Assembly (NCBI RefSeq): GCF_021869535.1
Contig: NW_026262701.1
Coordinates: 6,510,001 to 6,574,000, forward strand
Direction: 5' to 3'
Source of the DNA: Mytilus californianus
Taxonomy: Eukaryota
Length of the DNA stretch: 64,000 nt
Shown here: piece after piece, positions 60,201 to 64,000 of the stretch
How positions within the stretch are numbered: the stretch's first letter is position 1
Layout of the letters: every line of letters begins with the position of its first letter
Translations under genes and position numbers: made by a program
Notes under the pieces: generated by a model
What the model was told of the DNA's origin: nothing
Database searches by the model: none
Seen by the model: only the letters and a program-made list of their open reading frames with translations

Positions 60201-63200
60201 ATGATGTACAGACCGAGAGGTTTTGACAGAAGAGAATGTCCTGAGCCACCACATTTACTTTTACAACAGAACAGGTTCCAGATATTGAATGCTCAGAATC
60301 AACAGAATTGTACTACTCCACTGCTGTATAAACAGACTGGAAATACTAACATGGACCTAGGTCAAGGCCACAGTACCAATATTAATATAATGCAGAACCA
60401 AGGTCAAGGATGCAGTGCAAGTGCACAGATTATTAGATGTCGTAGGATGCTTTGTCAGACTCAGGAATTCTATTATATGTTTCCATCCCCTCGGAGATCA
60501 TCCATTAGTAATCATCCTAGTGGCTTTAGAACAATGGCTCAAAGAAGACTTATGCATCAAAGACTTGACTCAAGTAGCACTGGAAATTCTAATCAACATG
60601 TCATGATTGATAATGAGGAGAATTATGAAAACTATATGCAAAATAACATGTTGCCTAGGAACACAATAAATAATCGACAGGCCAATTCATTCAAAGACAA
60701 CAATGTCGTGTGTGGGAAGCAGCAACTTGTACAAGAGTTTGAATGTAATGATAGGTTAAACAATCAAGGCATGAATGAAAGTATTGGACAAGAACTGCAG
60801 GCAAGACAGACCATGTCCCAGTCTCGTGTGGCTCTGTCTGATTTCATCAACAATAATTCTATAGAAAATGATCAAAGTTTTAATGGCTTAGATGATCATT
60901 CCTACAGTCGTAAGAACGCAGACAATTTTTCATATGAAGATGAGAATCATGTTAATGCAGCATATTACACAAACTGTCAAAGAGATTGCTCTGCTGAAAG
61001 ACTGAAAGTTCTACAAACAAATCATTCCTATCCATGTGAAGATCAAAGATTTCAAAATTCAAATGTATGCCCTTATCAGAGGAATCCATATGTTAATACA
61101 TTGAGAATAGCCAGAAATTCTAATAGCAATCACATTGTTAATACAGATAGGTCAGAAAAACAGTCGTCATGGAATCATGATGTAGAATCCAAACTGGTCA
61201 ACCAACATCTGAAGGCTAAAATTGAACAACATTCATCATTGAATCGTGAGGTAAAGTCCAAATTGGTCAAAGAGTCTACATTGTTACAGTTAGCACTAAA
61301 AGATATTATAGACAGGGAAAAAGAAAGTGAGAAAGTTCAAATCGAGTCTGCCAAAAATAAAAAGAATTTTAGAATTGAAGGCTCTGCAATTACTGAAGTT
61401 CAAGAATCTGACAAAAAATTACAGACAATTAATAAAAGTAAACAATTTGGAAGTGTTACTGATAAAACTGAATCAAATATAAAATGCCATACCAGTTCAG
61501 CTGGTAAAACTGTTCAATGTATGAATGCAAATAAAAGAAATATTCCTGAAAAAGAACCATTAGAGAAAAAGAACTTCCCTAGTTCATCCAATGTTCCAAC
61601 TGTAGAACGCAAAATTCTTGTAGAAAATGCTAAACTTGTTACTAGGAAAGCAATAGAAATTGAAAACATAAAAAAAGCAACTGTTCAGCAGCAGGTTAAT
61701 GTAAAGTCCTCATCAGAATGTTCAAGTGAAGTTAAAGTTAGGACTCAAACAGAACAAAGTGCAGAGGCATCTTATAATCTGGCTTTAGAACAATGGCAAA
61801 AACAGAATTTGTGTAAAACTAAAACCTCTGATTCACAGAAAACAAATACTGACGATCCATACCTCCAGGCACATCAACAATTGAAAACACTGAATTCTGG
61901 CAGAAGCATAAATATCCACTCCTCAAATTCAAAGAATTGTGATCCACGCCTTGAGGCACAAAAACAGAATTTGTGTAAATCTAAAACCTCTGATTCACAG
62001 CTAACAAATACTGGTGATCCATTCCTGCAGGCACACCAACAATTGAAATCACAGAATTTTGGCAGAAGCATAAATATCCACGCCTCAAATACAAAGAATC
62101 GTGATCCACGCCTTGAGGCACGTAAACAGAATTCTACCATAAGTAATGACTCACTAAATGCAAACAGCTTTGATCAAAATACTGAAATATGTACAGCAAA
62201 TGACCATAGTTACTCCCAAAGCACACCTCTGCTTCGTGATAGAAAGAATGTGGATTGTAATCTAAGTCTTGATAAGTTACAAAGTATTAACCCAGAATGT
62301 CCAACAAAAAATCCATGTGCAGAAAATAAAAGAAGTTCTGAGAACTCAAGGTTAGACAGAAAAGAGGTATCCTCAAAGGATACAGGATTTATACAGGCTC
62401 TTGTAGATGTTGTTAAAGTTATGTTTGACCTTAGGAGAAATAAACACTTTGAGGAAAAGATCATTCCAGAAGCTGGGAACCAAATTGATAAAGCGAGCAA
62501 GGATGACAACAAACTTGCAGGACAAAAGTTGAACAAAACCATTTCAGCAAACCAGGATGATTACAAACTTGTTAGACAATCAGGGAACCAGCCTAATAAA
62601 GTAAGCAAAATTGAGCACAAGCATGTCAGAAAAACGGAGAATCAGCAGATTAAACCAAACAAATCTGAGAGCAAACAGGTTGACGAGACAAGGAACCATG
62701 CCAAATCAATCGACACCAACAAAGAAAATTCCCAAAATGGAAGAGAAGATAAAGACATAAACTGTCAAGGAAGTTCAAACTTTTCAAAATCAAAGACAAG
62801 TCCTGTTCTGAGTAAAACTGTAAAAAATACAAAAGTAACAAATGAAAAGCTTGCCTCTCTTGAAACAACGAAGTCCAATGATAAACCTTTGTCGTGCAAT
62901 TCAATTGCTAATGATAGAAATATTTTTACGTGTGTATTTGAAACTGGCAGCATGAAAAAGAGGACTAGGTGTGTTGATAGTGATTTCATTGAAAACGATA
63001 ATCTCATGGATAAAAATAAATACCTGGATGAACACAGGAAAAAATCTGACTTGCTTGAAAAATCTTACTCCTCTCAGACTCCAGGCAAATTAAATGAAGA
63101 ATCTAAGTCACTTCATACTGACAAAATTACTGAAAGATCTGACTCTTTTCATACTCAGGAGAGGCTGAATGATAAATATCCATCAGTCACCAGCATCAAT

Positions 63201-64000
63201 GTGGAAAAGCAAATCCAACGTCTAGAAGAGTTTAAGGCTTGTTCAAAAGACATGTTAGCTCAACAAAAATCACAATTGATAGTTGACCAATGTGATAAAC
63301 TGGATAATGAAACTAGTTTTTCCGATAAAGGATGTCATAAACAAGGAAAAACAATCACAAATTCTGGTGAATATTGTCTTCTTTCCAGTACAGAAAATTC
63401 TGAAGATGAATATTTGCCAGAAAAGAAAGCTGGAGAGTCTGTTAAAGAAAAACATGAAGATGGACAGAAGAAATTTGAAGCTCAATGTTTAATTTCACAA
63501 GGGGACACTTCACAGAATAATTCAGCTTCAAGTAACAAGGATACAAGTTGTTACAGGAAAGGTTCCAACAATATATCTGATAGAACAGGTCTAGAAGGTA
63601 AAATCACTTGTAAGACCCCATCACCTAAAAAAAAGTCAACAAAAGTTCAATCCACTGGTAAAGATTTCAGTTTCTTAGAACTAGGATATTGTCCTCTGGC
63701 TTTACCTCTTGGTTGCTATGCCTACGAAGATGATGCAGACAAAGATGAGAACAACAACAACTCTCCCAAAAGACTAGAAAATGAGCCTGACATTGTTGCC
63801 ACAAATAAACACATGAGAAAGCTTTGTGATGAGAAATACAATCATGACAATACTGAGATTCTAAGACCATGGGTTATAAGATATCTGGATGAAATCTCAA
63901 AACCAACAATTCGCGAAGAATTTTTAGACAAGATGGACTTGGAATTAAATGAGAACAAAGCTAACCATCATGATATATTGCAAGCTTCTATAGCTTCTCC
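60201..64000 (+). CDS. Giant coding exon / ORF of unknown function, at least 1266 codons, 3'-incomplete
   Basis: Manual translation from ATGATG at 60201 (MMYRPRGFDRRECPEPP...) finds no stop to base 64000. Preceded by the acceptor-like TTCTCACTGTTTCGTTGTAG. S/N/K/E/Q-rich; no domain recognised. Confidence 0.88.
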   Translation, partial: MMYRPRGFDRRECPEPPHLLLQQNRFQILNAQNQQNCTTPLLYKQTGNTNMDLGQGHSTNINIMQNQGQGCSASAQIIRCRRMLCQTQEFYYMFPSPRRSSISNHPSGFRTMAQRRLMHQRLDSSSTGNSNQHVMIDNEENYENYMQNNMLPRNTINNRQANSFKDNNVVCGKQQLVQEFECNDRLNNQGMNESIGQELQARQTMSQSRVALSDFINNNSIENDQSFNGLDDHSYSRKNADNFSYEDENHVNAAYYTNCQRDCSAERLKVLQTNHSYPCEDQRFQNSNVCPYQRNPYVNTLRIARNSNSNHIVNTDRSEKQSSWNHDVESKLVNQHLKAKIEQHSSLNREVKSKLVKESTLLQLALKDIIDREKESEKVQIESAKNKKNFRIEGSAITEVQESDKKLQTINKSKQFGSVTDKTESNIKCHTSSAGKTVQCMNANKRNIPEKEPLEKKNFPSSSNVPTVERKILVENAKLVTRKAIEIENIKKATVQQQVNVKSSSECSSEVKVRTQTEQSAEASYNLALEQWQKQNLCKTKTSDSQKTNTDDPYLQAHQQLKTLNSGRSINIHSSNSKNCDPRLEAQKQNLCKSKTSDSQLTNTGDPFLQAHQQLKSQNFGRSINIHASNTKNRDPRLEARKQNSTISNDSLNANSFDQNTEICTANDHSYSQSTPLLRDRKNVDCNLSLDKLQSINPECPTKNPCAENKRSSENSRLDRKEVSSKDTGFIQALVDVVKVMFDLRRNKHFEEKIIPEAGNQIDKASKDDNKLAGQKLNKTISANQDDYKLVRQSGNQPNKVSKIEHKHVRKTENQQIKPNKSESKQVDETRNHAKSIDTNKENSQNGREDKDINCQGSSNFSKSKTSPVLSKTVKNTKVTNEKLASLETTKSNDKPLSCNSIANDRNIFTCVFETGSMKKRTRCVDSDFIENDNLMDKNKYLDEHRKKSDLLEKSYSSQTPGKLNEESKSLHTDKITERSDSFHTQERLNDKYPSVTSINVEKQIQRLEEFKACSKDMLAQQKSQLIVDQCDKLDNETSFSDKGCHKQGKTITNSGEYCLLSSTENSEDEYLPEKKAGESVKEKHEDGQKKFEAQCLISQGDTSQNNSASSNKDTSCYRKGSNNISDRTGLEGKITCKTPSPKKKSTKVQSTGKDFSFLELGYCPLALPLGCYAYEDDADKDENNNNSPKRLENEPDIVATNKHMRKLCDEKYNHDNTEILRPWVIRYLDEISKPTIREEFLDKMDLELNENKANHHDILQASIAS
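61797..62132 (+). repeat. In-frame 162-bp (54-aa) tandem duplication inside the giant ORF
   Basis: Units at 61797 and 61959: QKQNLCKTKTSDSQKTNTDDPYLQAHQQLK... versus QKQNLCKSKTSDSQLTNTGDPFLQAHQQLK...; a third partial RKQN follows. Confidence 0.92.

Noticed and set aside
61874-63870. Minus-strand and alternative-frame ORFs listed over the last 2 kb
   Set aside because: Shadows of the uninterrupted + strand frame starting at 60201.
1-64000. tRNA, rRNA, snRNA or tRNA-derived SINE
   Set aside because: No cloverleaf, paired A/B boxes or recognisable structural RNA sequence was found by inspection. A covariance-model scan was not possible.

Overview
AT-rich metazoan genomic DNA. The repeat families and intron-exon style suggest a bivalve mollusc, Mytilus-like (inference). 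Three blocks. (1) 1-16383: an 8-exon Ajuba/LIMD1/WTIP-family triple-LIM gene on +, with the reading frame open from the window edge. It is followed by about 5.5 kb of nearly repeat-free AT-rich DNA, possibly a long 3' UTR. Its introns hold a tandemly duplicated exon-2 array with 28-nt GT..AG units and a 55-bp minisatellite carrying ten perfect FOX:ETS composite motifs. (2) About 22.6-59.8 kb: a transposon graveyard with a Penelope fragment, an internally deleted CR1/L2-group LINE, a 47-48-bp satellite, hAT, Tc1-like and foldback MITEs, 34-40-bp palindromic micro-elements and many Helentron-type (HINE-like) elements. By matching target-site duplications and rejoining reading frames, about 39.2-59.7 kb resolves into one Russian-doll stack up to six layers deep. 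The stack contains a full-length CR1/L2-group LINE whose SGNH-esterase ORF1 is split at its catalytic DxxH motif by a TTAA-targeting Kolobok-like element, and a 5'-truncated L1/Tx1 element with a 12-bp TSD and an unusually long 3' tail. (3) 60201-64000: an unbroken 1266-codon ORF/giant exon of unknown, low-complexity character that runs off the window and is missing from the supplied ORF track. No rRNA, tRNA or CRISPR array was seen.
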